From a virus: a DNA stretch of 64,000 nt. Each line of letters starts with the position of its first letter. Within the stretch, counting starts at the first letter, position 1. The DNA is taken from positions 68,166 through 132,165 of IMG/VR virus record IMGVR_UViG_3300025133_000036; one strand, written 5' to 3'. The notes beneath the pieces are model-generated. The model did not search any database and had not been told where the DNA came from. It saw only the letters and a program-made list of their open reading frames with translations. Positions 39,377 through 49,987 of the stretch are shown here, piece by piece. A program made the position numbers and the translations under genes.

Positions 39377-40861
39377 ATGTTTAAAATTGGAGATATTCGA
39401 AATGGATATCCGGTCCTTCCTCGGGAAGAACGTAAAACAATGCTTCTATTATCAGATGATTTTAGAATGACATCTGGTGTAGGTAATGTATCCCGGGAGT
39501 TTGTATTGGGAACTTGTCATAGATTCAATTGGGTGCAAATTGGTGGGGCCATAAAGCATCCTGAAGCAGGGAATGCAATTGACATGAATGATGATCTGAT
39601 AGAACGTACAGGTGTTCCGGAAGTAGAATGTAAAATTCATCCAGTAGATGGTTATGGAAATCCTGATATTGTACGTGGAGCAATGGCGCACTACAATTTG
39701 TCTGGCATAATGATTTATACGGATCCACGATTTTGGGAATGGTTATTTCAAATGGAACGAGAAGTCCGTCAATTTTTACCTATAATGTATTATAACATAT
39801 GGGATGATCTTCCGTATCCAATGTGGAATCAAAAGTATTATGATTCTGTAGATGCATTGTTTAATATTTCAAAACAAACATGCAATATTGTGCGAAATGT
39901 TAGATCATCATATGAGGATTGGCAAGTAACGTATATTCCTCATGGAATAAATAAAAAAGATTATTTTCCGCTTCCAGTTAACTATGAAAAAGCCGATCAG
40001 TTTAATAAATTTAAAAATGAAGGATTTGACGGAAAAGATAAAGATTTTGTTATACTATTTAATGCTCGTAATATTAGAAGAAAATTACCAGCAGATATTA
40101 TTTACGCGTATAGAACATTTTGTGATTCTATTTCAAAAGAGGATGCGTCAAAATGCTTACTAGTAATGCACTGCAATCCGCAAGACGAAAACGGCACAAA
40201 TTTACCAGAAGTTGCAACTCAACTTGCAGGTGAGTATGATGTTGCATTTTCACCGAATAAGTTTGAACGCGAACAAATAAATTGGTTATACAATACAGCA
40301 GATGTAACCATATTAATAAGCTCCAACGAGGGATTTGGCTTATCAGGCGCAGAATCATTGATGTGTGGAACTCCAATAATTGTTAACGTATCTGGTGGAA
40401 TGCAAGATTATTGTGGATTCAAAAAAGAAGATGGAACTTATTTAACACATGAAGATTATACCCCTGAATGGGGATCTAATCATGATGGTCGATATAAAGA
40501 TCATGGTGAATGGGTATTTCCAGTGTGGGCAACAAGTAGATCCTTACAGGGCTCTATGCCAACACCATATATTTCAGATGACAGACCGGATTTTCAAGAT
40601 ATAGCAATACAAATGAAAAAAGCATGGTCTGAAAGAGGTGAAAAGTTAAACGCTAGGGGAATGGCTGGGAGAAAGTACGTTACAAATCCAGAATTTGGAT
40701 TTGAATCGGATGAAATGAATAAGCGGTTTACTCATGACATTGAAAATACACTTAAAATGTGGAAACCTAGATCGAGAATCGATATTCATGATGCTAGTAA
40801 ATGGGAAATTCCAAAAAACAAATACAATGGGCTAACATTGACAAAGGAAATTGAAGTATGA
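39377..40861 (+). CDS. glycosyltransferase, GT4/GT-B
   Basis: YIPHGIN, NARNIRRK, YNTADV..SSNEGFGLSGAESLMCGTPII. Confidence 0.92.
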   Translation: MFKIGDIRNGYPVLPREERKTMLLLSDDFRMTSGVGNVSREFVLGTCHRFNWVQIGGAIKHPEAGNAIDMNDDLIERTGVPEVECKIHPVDGYGNPDIVRGAMAHYNLSGIMIYTDPRFWEWLFQMEREVRQFLPIMYYNIWDDLPYPMWNQKYYDSVDALFNISKQTCNIVRNVRSSYEDWQVTYIPHGINKKDYFPLPVNYEKADQFNKFKNEGFDGKDKDFVILFNARNIRRKLPADIIYAYRTFCDSISKEDASKCLLVMHCNPQDENGTNLPEVATQLAGEYDVAFSPNKFEREQINWLYNTADVTILISSNEGFGLSGAESLMCGTPIIVNVSGGMQDYCGFKKEDGTYLTHEDYTPEWGSNHDGRYKDHGEWVFPVWATSRSLQGSMPTPYISDDRPDFQDIAIQMKKAWSERGEKLNARGMAGRKYVTNPEFGFESDEMNKRFTHDIENTLKMWKPRSRIDIHDASKWEIPKNKYNGLTLTKEIEV

Positions 40862-42153
40862 TAAAAAGTGCAGTTAAATCAAAACCAAAAGTACTAGTGA
40901 CGGCACCAGTCGGTACAAGATCGGGTTATGGTTCTAGATCAAGAGATATTGTTAGAGCATTAGTTTCACTTGATAAATATGATGTTGCTGTCAATCCTGT
41001 CCCATGGGGAAATACGCCTCAAAATGCACTTGACAAAACAGACGAAAAAGATCTTATAATTATTAATAGAATACGACAAGTTACAGAAAAACCCGACGTA
41101 CATATTCACATTGTAGTACCCAATGAATTTGCTTCAATAGGAACATATAATATTGGCATTACAGCGGGATTAGAAACTACTCTTATACCGCAGCCATGGA
41201 TTGAAGGCTGCAATAGAATGGATCTTGTCTTAACAAGTTCAGCGTTTGCAAAAGATAGTATGGTTGGCACTGAATATACGAATTCAGAAACACAAGAATC
41301 TTTGAAGGTTGAAACCCCTGTCGAAGTATTATTTGAAGGTGCAGACCTTGAAACATATTTTCCGACGTCTTCATGTTCAAAGATTTTGGCAGATGAAATG
41401 GAGAAAATTGAGACTGATTGGAATTATTTATTTGTTGGCCATTGGCTCCAAGGGGCTCTCGGTCATGATCGTAAAGATGTTGGAATGTTAGTTAAAGTGT
41501 TTATGGAAACATTTTCTGATAAAAGTAATGTTGGACTAATATTAAAGACTAGTGGTGCAACTCCTTCAATAATGGACATTGAAGATATTAGTAGAAAAAT
41601 TTTCGAAATCAAATCAACCGTCAAAAACCCAAACCCACCATCAGTTTATTTTATGTCAGCAGATCTACATGATAGTGAAATGAATGATTTATATAATCAT
41701 CCGAAAGTAAAAGCTCATATTTCATTTACTCATGGAGAAGGATTTGGAAGACCATTGTTGGAAGCTTCTTTATCAGAAAAACCAGTTCTGGTACCAAAAT
41801 TTAGTGGACATGTTGATTTTTTACGCGGTAAACAACAAAAATGGCTACCCGGTGGACTAATTAATGTTGAACAAGATGCATTTCCAGATGGTATGTGGAT
41901 TGAAGGTCAACAGTGGTTCGGTGTTAATTATGGCGCTGCAGCTGATATGATGAAACATCTTAAATTCAACTATAGAAAAGCTAAACTTTGGGCTAAAAAG
42001 CTAGCAGCAAACAATAGATCCAAATTTTCAATGCGTGCCATGGAAATTAAATTGAATTCTATTTTAGATTCAAAATTACCCGAATTTACACAAACTGTTG
42101 GATTAAATTTGCCAAAATTAAATTTGCCAAAACTAGAAAAGGTTAAGGAATAA
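40858..42153 (+). CDS. glycosyltransferase, GT4/GT-B
   Basis: TRSGYG, DRKDVG, THGEGFGRPLLEASLSEKPV. Confidence 0.9.
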   Translation: MIKSAVKSKPKVLVTAPVGTRSGYGSRSRDIVRALVSLDKYDVAVNPVPWGNTPQNALDKTDEKDLIIINRIRQVTEKPDVHIHIVVPNEFASIGTYNIGITAGLETTLIPQPWIEGCNRMDLVLTSSAFAKDSMVGTEYTNSETQESLKVETPVEVLFEGADLETYFPTSSCSKILADEMEKIETDWNYLFVGHWLQGALGHDRKDVGMLVKVFMETFSDKSNVGLILKTSGATPSIMDIEDISRKIFEIKSTVKNPNPPSVYFMSADLHDSEMNDLYNHPKVKAHISFTHGEGFGRPLLEASLSEKPVLVPKFSGHVDFLRGKQQKWLPGGLINVEQDAFPDGMWIEGQQWFGVNYGAAADMMKHLKFNYRKAKLWAKKLAANNRSKFSMRAMEIKLNSILDSKLPEFTQTVGLNLPKLNLPKLEKVKE

Positions 42154-42154
42154 C

Positions 42155-42604
42155 ATGGAAAGAGTAGTACAATGCGCCCATTGCGCAACAGAAGACCATT
42201 GCTTTGAAGAAATGCAAGAAACCTATAGTTCGTTTATGTGTTTCAATTGTGGATTTATGAGTGATACTAGATTCACTAAAAAAAATGAAGAAAAACTCAC
42301 TCCGGATTCTACAATATTAGTGAATAAATTAAAAATATTTGATAAAGAAAGAAAGATATGGTGGTTCCCAGCCGTAGTCAATATGGGTAAACTAGGAATC
42401 ATATTTCCTGAAGGTACAGAAGAAGCGTGGAACTGGAAATATGCAAAGGCTATTAAAGTTTCAGAAGAAAAGAAAGAAGAAATCGGCGATTTTGAGATGA
42501 TGTTAGATACAGAAAATGCAGAGAGTTATGAAAAATTTGATTTTTTAAGTGCGTGTCAAGACATGGGTATTGCTAAAGATCTTACCCTAGCATCAGATGG
42601 CTAA
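42155..42604 (+). CDS. hypothetical Zn-ribbon protein
   Basis: CAHC..CFNCGF. Confidence 0.65.
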   Translation: MERVVQCAHCATEDHCFEEMQETYSSFMCFNCGFMSDTRFTKKNEEKLTPDSTILVNKLKIFDKERKIWWFPAVVNMGKLGIIFPEGTEEAWNWKYAKAIKVSEEKKEEIGDFEMMLDTENAESYEKFDFLSACQDMGIAKDLTLASDG

Positions 42605-43079
42605 AGTAAGAATTACGTGGTCAAATGTTACAGCTGGCGATGTAGTACAATTTCGATACAAGGGGAAATCAGGTAAGAGTCGTCTTAGAACTTGCCTTAT
42701 ACTTAACGAAAAATTTATGTATAAACGAGTTAAAGATGGTAAAAGAGTTAGACTTGTTCATGCACTACAACTCAATGCACAACCGAAGCCTCCTAAGTCT
42801 AAACGAATTACAGAGAGTCAATATAAGAAAATGTTTCAAAAAGTAGGTGGTCTTGAACTTCGAGATCAACGGTATGGAGTTGATACTGAAAGAGCCCAAG
42901 CAAAACAAACATATTCTAAATTGGCTAGTCTTATAAAGGGCAGAGGAATTTATAGAACATTTAGCTGGCATGTATTACGGACAAGAGCCGCGTTTGTTCC
43001 AGACGATTTTAAATGGCCTAATCAGTTATTAAAAGAATTACAGGATAGTATCCCAGAAGTTGATGAAGAAATGTTATAG
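42597..43079 (+). CDS. hypothetical basic protein
   Basis: Overlapping ORF, 160 aa. Confidence 0.6.
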   Translation: MAKVRITWSNVTAGDVVQFRYKGKSGKSRLRTCLILNEKFMYKRVKDGKRVRLVHALQLNAQPKPPKSKRITESQYKKMFQKVGGLELRDQRYGVDTERAQAKQTYSKLASLIKGRGIYRTFSWHVLRTRAAFVPDDFKWPNQLLKELQDSIPEVDEEML

Positions 43080-43087
43080 GAGGTAAA

Positions 43088-43657
43088 ATGGCCCATATAG
43101 AGCAATGGGATTTTTGTAAAGAAGTTAAACGTAACTTCCCACAGTTTTTTAAAAATGTTAAGGTTTTAGATATTGGATCTTTTGATGTAAACGGAAACGA
43201 AGAATTTTTATTTGACGATTCGGATTTTTCTGGATTAGATTTAATGGAAGGTCCAGGAGTTGATATCGTTTGTACTGCACAAGAATACGACGCTCCTGAT
43301 GAAACATACGATACAATTATTTCATGTGAGTGTTGGGAACATAATCCTTACTATGCAGAAAGTATGCAAAATGCTGTAAGAATGTTAAAGTCAAAAGGCT
43401 TTTTTATTTTTACATGTGCAACGACTGGCCGACCTGTTCATGGAACGCTATCTCTTGAAGAGACAAGTAAAGAAGAACATGAAAATTGGAAAACTATGCC
43501 TAATGTTAGAAGACCAAATTGGGATAACGAATACTATAGAAACGTCACAGAAGAAATGGTAAGAGAGGCAATTGATATTGAAAATACCTTTTCAGAGTTT
43601 GAATTTTCTATCCACGAAGAACATTCTGATTTGTACTTTTGGGGAATAAAAAAATAA
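43088..43657 (+). CDS. class I SAM-dependent methyltransferase
   Basis: VLDIGS, GLDL..GPGVD, YDTIISCECWEH. Confidence 0.88.
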   Translation: MAHIEQWDFCKEVKRNFPQFFKNVKVLDIGSFDVNGNEEFLFDDSDFSGLDLMEGPGVDIVCTAQEYDAPDETYDTIISCECWEHNPYYAESMQNAVRMLKSKGFFIFTCATTGRPVHGTLSLEETSKEEHENWKTMPNVRRPNWDNEYYRNVTEEMVREAIDIENTFSEFEFSIHEEHSDLYFWGIKK

Positions 43658-43689
43658 TTTTTGAACAACCAAACTTATATATATTATAA

Positions 43690-44319
43690 ATGAAAATAAG
43701 TTACGCCGTTACAACACATAATGAGCACAAAGAAATAGAACAGCTCATACCTTTTATATTAGAATTTAAAGACGATGAAGATGAATTAGTTATAATTGAT
43801 GATGGTTCTGACCATAAAACCTGGGCGGTTTTTGACAAATATATTCACGATAAAAGCAATAACATAAACTTTGTTGAGCGTGGATTTAACGGGGATTTTT
43901 CTGTTCACAAAAATTTTATGATGTCACAATGTAGTGGTGATTGGATTTTCAATTTAGATGCTGATGAAATACCTCACGAAATATTAATGTTAAACGCAAA
44001 AAACTTTATAAAAGCAAATCCAATAATAGAATTATTTTGGGTTCCAAGATGGAATACGGTTGAGGGAATTACAGAGGAGCACGCAAAGAGATGGGGCTGG
44101 AATGTTGACGGCTTAGGTAGGATCAATTGGCCAGATCCTCAACAAAGGTTATGGAAGAATGAATCGCACATCAAGTGGCAGAGGCGGGTTCATGAGAGAT
44201 TAACCGGCCCCACTCATGATACTACATTACCTTTTGAAGAAGACTATTGCATCTACCATCACAAAACAATAAACAAACAGGAAGAACAAAATGCACATTA
44301 CGAGAGGTTAATGAGATGA
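43690..44319 (+). CDS. glycosyltransferase family 2
   Basis: ISYAVTTHNE, IDDGSD, LDADE, RVHE. Confidence 0.9.
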   Translation: MKISYAVTTHNEHKEIEQLIPFILEFKDDEDELVIIDDGSDHKTWAVFDKYIHDKSNNINFVERGFNGDFSVHKNFMMSQCSGDWIFNLDADEIPHEILMLNAKNFIKANPIIELFWVPRWNTVEGITEEHAKRWGWNVDGLGRINWPDPQQRLWKNESHIKWQRRVHERLTGPTHDTTLPFEEDYCIYHHKTINKQEEQNAHYERLMR

Positions 44320-45365
44320 TAGACGTTAAGGTAAGAATTTTAACAAACGATTACCACACTTTTAGACCATACATAAAATCTTTTAATCAATTAGCAACGT
44401 ATGGAATTGAATTAGTTGATTCAGATGCTAAAGATTATGATATTACAATGGTTGGACATTCATTATTCCAGGATAAAAAATTAGGATCGTTTGAAGCGAG
44501 TGTCCAAAAAGGGCTAGATTTTTTAGATAAAATTGAAGGACCTTATATTTTACTTGACAGTCAAGATTCTTCATCAGTAATTGGAGCGTGGGAAACTTTC
44601 ATTGAATCACGAGCTATATGTTTACTTAAAGACACGTTACTAAAGGATAGATCGCTATATAAAGAAGGATGGGTTGGTGGAAGATGGTATTGGGGTAAAT
44701 CTGAAGACTGGGGTATACCTGATCAAAACTATATTCCAAAAGATTGGGATATTCATGAAGATAAACTTTTTTTATCTGGAAAAAACTGGCTTGGTGTAGA
44801 AGATTATAATTTCAATATAGACTGGAAATCAATCGATAAATTATTTGATCTTTCTTTAATGTTTCAATATCCACATCCTGAATGTCATGAATTTGATTTA
44901 AAACCTTCTCAAGATTTTTATTATAATGCATACAGAAAAAGAATATTTGATAAGACTAAAGATTCTCAATACATGATTGCAAAATTAAACAACGGTAAAC
45001 GATTAGACGGGCAAGAATGGTCAAAGTATCAAGCATCGTCAAAAGTTATTTTATCACCGTTTGGTTATGGAGCATACGGAGCTCCACGAGATATTGCTGC
45101 AGTTACGTTAGGATCAATATTGCTTAAAGAAGACTTAAGTTATTTAGACACTTATCCAAATGTTTATCGTCCTGATGAAACATACATTGCATGTAAAAAC
45201 GATTTTAGCGATCTTGAAGAAAAGATCGAATACTGTGTCGAAAACTTTACAGCTCTCAGATCAGAATTAGTAAACAATATGATAACCGCTTATAATCAAG
45301 CATATCATCCTGAATATTTAGCCCAATACACTCATAAACTGTTTAAAAATATAGGAGTGATGTAA
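44316..45365 (+). CDS. putative glycosyltransferase (GT-B-like)
   Basis: SKVILSPFGYG..RD..GSILLK..YIACKNDFSDLEEKI; lies in glycosylation cluster. Confidence 0.65.
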   Translation: MIDVKVRILTNDYHTFRPYIKSFNQLATYGIELVDSDAKDYDITMVGHSLFQDKKLGSFEASVQKGLDFLDKIEGPYILLDSQDSSSVIGAWETFIESRAICLLKDTLLKDRSLYKEGWVGGRWYWGKSEDWGIPDQNYIPKDWDIHEDKLFLSGKNWLGVEDYNFNIDWKSIDKLFDLSLMFQYPHPECHEFDLKPSQDFYYNAYRKRIFDKTKDSQYMIAKLNNGKRLDGQEWSKYQASSKVILSPFGYGAYGAPRDIAAVTLGSILLKEDLSYLDTYPNVYRPDETYIACKNDFSDLEEKIEYCVENFTALRSELVNNMITAYNQAYHPEYLAQYTHKLFKNIGVM

Positions 45366-46393
45366 TGGATACGGATAAAGTAATAATCTTTGGTCCATGG
45401 GTTGGAGAATTTAGTTATGAACTTAGTTGGTGGAATCCGGAGTGTAGAAAAATTAGAGAAGATTATCCAGATCATTGGGCAGTATGTTTAGGATTTAATG
45501 GACGAAATGTCGCGTATGGAGATTTTATTGATGAATATATTCCACACCCATCGGAATTAGAAGCTTCACTCACATATCCTGCTACATTCGGCGAACACCA
45601 AGATAAAACTCTTTCAGGTGATATACCTGTCGTAACGGGCGGAGTTGGAGACGATGTAATTCCTAAACGATTTGTAGATCATCTTGAAAAAATCATTAAA
45701 GAATTTCAATTTAGAGGGTTTAAAGATATAGTTGTTCATAAACCTGGTGATGTTCCTATAACAAGAGAACGATGTTTATCTGATTATCCTTTTGGTCGAT
45801 ATGTACACTATGAAGTAAATAACACTTTATTGTACGATGTAAAAAGCAAAATAAATTCTTATTTTGATAATGATGATCCTACAATATTTTTAATGGCAAG
45901 ACTTAGAAGCCGGGATGACGAACCATGTTATTTAGATTGGCATCCAGATAACTGGCCACTTTTTACTAAAAAAGTTATTGAAGAATTAGGCGTTAATGTT
46001 ATTAGTTTATCGATCAAAACACAAGGTAGCCGCGGTGGAGCACAGGGACTTGCGGGTCATGAATTATTTAAAGATTTACAACATAAGATAATGAATTATG
46101 AAATGGAAAAAGATAATCCTAATTCATTAGAAGAACAGTTAGCTATTTTGAAAAGTACAAAGTGTAGTATTTATGGTGCAAGTGGAGCTGCAGTGGTACC
46201 ATTTTTTGTTAATACACCATCATTTACTCAACAAACAAAGGAAGAAGGTTTTCGTTTAGAATTGGGTTGGGAAAAGGATTTAATGGACTTCAAACACTTT
46301 AAAAACTTTGATAAGTATCATAATAATGATATCTACAATTCACCTGTTGAAGAACTATTTAAAGAGTTTGTAGATTTCTACAAGGAGTTATAA
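45365..46393 (+). CDS. putative glycosyltransferase-like protein
   Basis: GPWVGEFSYE N-terminus; LEEQLAILKS..YGASG resembles a GT9-like C-terminus; cluster context. Confidence 0.5.
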   Translation: MDTDKVIIFGPWVGEFSYELSWWNPECRKIREDYPDHWAVCLGFNGRNVAYGDFIDEYIPHPSELEASLTYPATFGEHQDKTLSGDIPVVTGGVGDDVIPKRFVDHLEKIIKEFQFRGFKDIVVHKPGDVPITRERCLSDYPFGRYVHYEVNNTLLYDVKSKINSYFDNDDPTIFLMARLRSRDDEPCYLDWHPDNWPLFTKKVIEELGVNVISLSIKTQGSRGGAQGLAGHELFKDLQHKIMNYEMEKDNPNSLEEQLAILKSTKCSIYGASGAAVVPFFVNTPSFTQQTKEEGFRLELGWEKDLMDFKHFKNFDKYHNNDIYNSPVEELFKEFVDFYKEL

Positions 46394-46394
46394 C

Positions 46395-47498
46395 ATGGAA
46401 ATAAGAGAAAAAATGCTACCAGTCTTAGGACCTAAGGGTGGAGTTGAAGAAGTTGACGCTCTTAGAGAAGTAATAGAAAGTGGTTGGTGGGGTAAAGGAC
46501 CCAAGGTTGCAGAGTTTGAAGAAAAGTTTGCAGAAATGGTAGGACATAAATATGCATGTGCCGTTACAAGTGCTTCCCATGGTCAAGATTTAGTTATGAA
46601 AGCTATGGGTTGGAAAGGTATTGATGTTATTAATCCTGCAATGTCGTTTATCGCTACTGCAATGATTCCATTATGGAACGGTTATACATCTAATATTGTT
46701 GATGTGACAAGAGATACATTATGTATAGACCCAGTTGAGGTTGAGAAATGGAAAAAACCTAATAGTGAGTTACTGATTGCTGTAAATGAAGCAGGTGTTC
46801 CAGCAGATTATGAAGCTTTAAGAAAAGCATTCGGTGGATTTATACTTGAAGATACAGCACACAGTTGTTATACTCCAGGTGCAGGACAAGGAGGAGACTG
46901 TGCAGTATGGAGTTTTCAAGCAGTGAAAACAATGCCTTGTGGTGATGGAGGAATGATAACAAGTAATGATAAAGAATTAATTGAAAAATGTAGAGAAATG
47001 ACATGGTTTGGAGTTTCATCAACATGGAGTAGAGCACAGGGTGCAAGTGGAAAACCTGGATATTCATGGGATTATCAGGTAGATTTAATAGGTTACAAAT
47101 ACTATATGATAGATATTATGGCCGCAATATGCCTTGAACAAATGAAAAAACTTCCAGCTCATTTGGAATTTCGTAGACATGTTCAATCCCGATATAATGC
47201 TGAATTACCAGAAATTATGGAAAGACCACCACATTCAGAGACAGTACAATATTACGTGTCAAGAGTTCCCGAAGAACATAGAGATAAATTGATTGATTAT
47301 TTAGGCGATAAAAAAATACACACATCTGTACACTTTAAACCGTTATATCTTTATGGACCATTACTTCAAGATAGAAGTTATCCAGTTTGTGATTCAGAAT
47401 GGACAAAACTAATAACTCTTCCTTGTCATAACAGAATGACTGAAGAAGATATTGACTATGTAATTTATTGGGTCAAAAAGTATTTCGGAGAGAGTTAG
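46395..47498 (+). CDS. DegT/DnrJ/EryC1/StrS PLP-dependent sugar aminotransferase
   Basis: GPKVAEFE, EDTAHS, WSFQAVKTMPCGDGGMI. Confidence 0.93.
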   Translation: MEIREKMLPVLGPKGGVEEVDALREVIESGWWGKGPKVAEFEEKFAEMVGHKYACAVTSASHGQDLVMKAMGWKGIDVINPAMSFIATAMIPLWNGYTSNIVDVTRDTLCIDPVEVEKWKKPNSELLIAVNEAGVPADYEALRKAFGGFILEDTAHSCYTPGAGQGGDCAVWSFQAVKTMPCGDGGMITSNDKELIEKCREMTWFGVSSTWSRAQGASGKPGYSWDYQVDLIGYKYYMIDIMAAICLEQMKKLPAHLEFRRHVQSRYNAELPEIMERPPHSETVQYYVSRVPEEHRDKLIDYLGDKKIHTSVHFKPLYLYGPLLQDRSYPVCDSEWTKLITLPCHNRMTEEDIDYVIYWVKKYFGES

Positions 47499-47563
47499 TG
47501 CAATTAGATAGATACTGTTTAGAAATAACCACAAAGATAGGTTGTTCTAATGTTTGTGAGTAA
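47498..47563 (+). pseudogene. truncated radical SAM gene remnant
   Basis: GGAGAG RBS then GTG: MQLDRYCLEITTKIGCSNVCE*, stopping inside a CxxxCxxC-like motif. Confidence 0.55.
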
Positions 47564-47592
47564 TGAATGGCGAACTAAAAAGGGTTATAGAA

Positions 47593-48441
47593 ATGAATGA
47601 CTTGTATAAAATTGAAGGTACATTGAACCATGATAATCATCAATGCTATAATAATCCGAATACGTTTCCACAATTTCAGGAAGGTCTTGAACATTTTAAA
47701 ACCCACATAAAACAACTCGTTGATACTAATTCAAGTGCAACGTTTTATAAATTCGGCGATGGAGATTATAGGTTTCTAAATCAAATACCTGAAGGGAGTG
47801 CTAAACCCGGACAGCGAGCATTAAGTTTACCTTATGATAAAATTGATATTGAAGCACATAGAAAAGGTGCACAGTTATGTGACTTTTATACATGTGAATT
47901 GTATCCTGAGAATCAAAAATGGTTTTCTGAAGTTATCAATAAAGATATAAATTATCCAGCAGAATACGGATATGGACTTGTTGCAAATAGATGGTTTACA
48001 AAAACGTTTGATAGTATAGGATTAATCGGTGCAGGACCTAAAATGGTAATTACCGAGACGTTAATGCACTATCGGGAATACAAAGAGTATTTGGGCTTGG
48101 ATCACTTCACAGATTATATTTATTTTCCTCAAAAATTTGCTGCGGATGATCTTGATAAGTTAGAACGTTTAATGAAACCTAGAATTGAACAGTCAAAATC
48201 TAAATTGTTTTTAGTTGGTATAGGTCATGCAAAAAGTGGAATATTACACAAATTCAAAGAATGGACTGATGCAGTATTTTTAGATGTAGGTGGAGGTATT
48301 GATATGTTAGCTGGCTGTATTAACACAAGACGACCATTTGCCGGCGAATGGAAAAATTTCAGACATCCACAATTTAATTATGATACGATTGATTATATGA
48401 ATTATAATCATGGTAATGAAAAAATGGTAAAAGGATTATGA
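47593..48441 (+). CDS. putative glycosyltransferase-associated protein (GT-D-like)
   Basis: FYKFGDGD, FLVGIGHAK, FLDVGGGID; cluster context; start could be 47563. Confidence 0.55.
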   Translation: MNDLYKIEGTLNHDNHQCYNNPNTFPQFQEGLEHFKTHIKQLVDTNSSATFYKFGDGDYRFLNQIPEGSAKPGQRALSLPYDKIDIEAHRKGAQLCDFYTCELYPENQKWFSEVINKDINYPAEYGYGLVANRWFTKTFDSIGLIGAGPKMVITETLMHYREYKEYLGLDHFTDYIYFPQKFAADDLDKLERLMKPRIEQSKSKLFLVGIGHAKSGILHKFKEWTDAVFLDVGGGIDMLAGCINTRRPFAGEWKNFRHPQFNYDTIDYMNYNHGNEKMVKGL

Positions 48442-49154
48442 AGAATTTAGTTTACATTGTAGCAATCGGAATGGAAGTAAAAGAACATACTGAAAAGGCA
48501 TGGAAATTTTATTGTGAAAAGTATAATTGCGATTTTAAAGTTATAACTAAAGCATCAAGAAAAAATATGGCTCCACATTGGGAACGGTATACTATATTTG
48601 AAAAGTATCCTGGCTATGACAAATACTTATATGTAGATGCAGATGCTATGGTAAAATGGGATGCGCCAAACTTTTTTGAAACGGTGCATTATACACCATC
48701 CGCGATTCACGCCGTTAAAGACATTGGATCACTCGAGTGGGTTTATAACAGTATTTTAGGTTATCAGGACTTATTCCCAAATCAAGACTTGAAATGGTGG
48801 GAATATGTCACAACCGGATGGTTACTGTTCGATAATACACTAAAAGATTTTTTTACTAAAGTAATGAAATTCCATGCGGAGAATAATGAAGAACTTAATT
48901 TGCGACAATACAATACATTAAAGAAAGGCTTCGATCAAACACCAGTAAATTATCTTATTAGACAAGAGAATATTCAGTTAAAAGTATTACCTGAGGTTTT
49001 TTCTCTTGCACACTTACATAAAAAAGATATTTTTCAAAATGGAATGTTTGTAAATCTTCCGGCATATATTTGGCAGTTCAATGGCATACCAAAAGAACAG
49101 CTTCCATATATTATGGAACAATTATGGAATCATGTAAAGGATCAATACAAATGA
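48438..49154 (+). CDS. GT-A glycosyltransferase (GT8/GT34-like)
   Basis: YLYVDADAMV DxD motif, FDQTPVNY. Confidence 0.75.
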   Translation: MKNLVYIVAIGMEVKEHTEKAWKFYCEKYNCDFKVITKASRKNMAPHWERYTIFEKYPGYDKYLYVDADAMVKWDAPNFFETVHYTPSAIHAVKDIGSLEWVYNSILGYQDLFPNQDLKWWEYVTTGWLLFDNTLKDFFTKVMKFHAENNEELNLRQYNTLKKGFDQTPVNYLIRQENIQLKVLPEVFSLAHLHKKDIFQNGMFVNLPAYIWQFNGIPKEQLPYIMEQLWNHVKDQYK

Positions 49155-49987
49155 TGACTTTTTGTATATCTACGTATAACAATTTAGACTATTTGAAGCT
49201 AGCTGTTAAATCTGTTAGAAAAAACTCATATTATAAAGATGCTCCTTTTATTGTTCACGCTGAAAACTGTAATGATGGAACTGATAATTGGTTAGATTCA
49301 AATTTCAAAAAATACAATTTAGAGTACTACATAGATAAAAATGACCCTCCTTTAGGAATTGGCGGCGGAATGAATTTTTGTGCCGATAAGGTACAAACTG
49401 AATTCATAAACTTTTTACATTCAGATTTCTATGTAACAAAAAATTGGGATAAAGCCTTAATGGATATATTTGAAAAGTATCCAGAAGAAAAATTATGGGT
49501 AAATTCACATAGAATAGAGCCTCAAATGTTTTCCGATTCAGAATCTAGACCTGGAACACTTGTCGTATCACAGAATACGTTTGGAGCATATTATAACGAT
49601 TTTGATACTGACTTGTTTGATGAATGGTCAAGTGAATTTGTAAAAATTAATAATTTTGAAATAGCAAAAGGTGAAGGAGTTAGTGGGTTAATAAGAAAAA
49701 AAGATTGGGACGAAATAGGTGGAAATGATCCGCTGTTCGCCCCGGCTAGTTGGGAAGACATGGATTTATTTTTAAGAATGTTAAACAAAGGCTTTAAGTT
49801 TGTTTTACCTTCAACGTCATTAATATGGCATTTTGGCGCTCGAGGAAGTCACAGACTTGAAGAAAACGAAGGTCAAAGTTCTGAGAGACAAATAAAGGCA
49901 GAACAAGACAACGAAACTAAATGGTTAAAAAAATGGGGTAGAATGCCTCAATACGATGAAATAGGATTTATATGCGGACTTCAATGA
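49151..49987 (+). CDS. glycosyltransferase family 2
   Basis: ISTYNNLDYL, DGT, HSD, GGND..WEDMD. Confidence 0.88.
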   Translation: MMTFCISTYNNLDYLKLAVKSVRKNSYYKDAPFIVHAENCNDGTDNWLDSNFKKYNLEYYIDKNDPPLGIGGGMNFCADKVQTEFINFLHSDFYVTKNWDKALMDIFEKYPEEKLWVNSHRIEPQMFSDSESRPGTLVVSQNTFGAYYNDFDTDLFDEWSSEFVKINNFEIAKGEGVSGLIRKKDWDEIGGNDPLFAPASWEDMDLFLRMLNKGFKFVLPSTSLIWHFGARGSHRLEENEGQSSERQIKAEQDNETKWLKKWGRMPQYDEIGFICGLQ

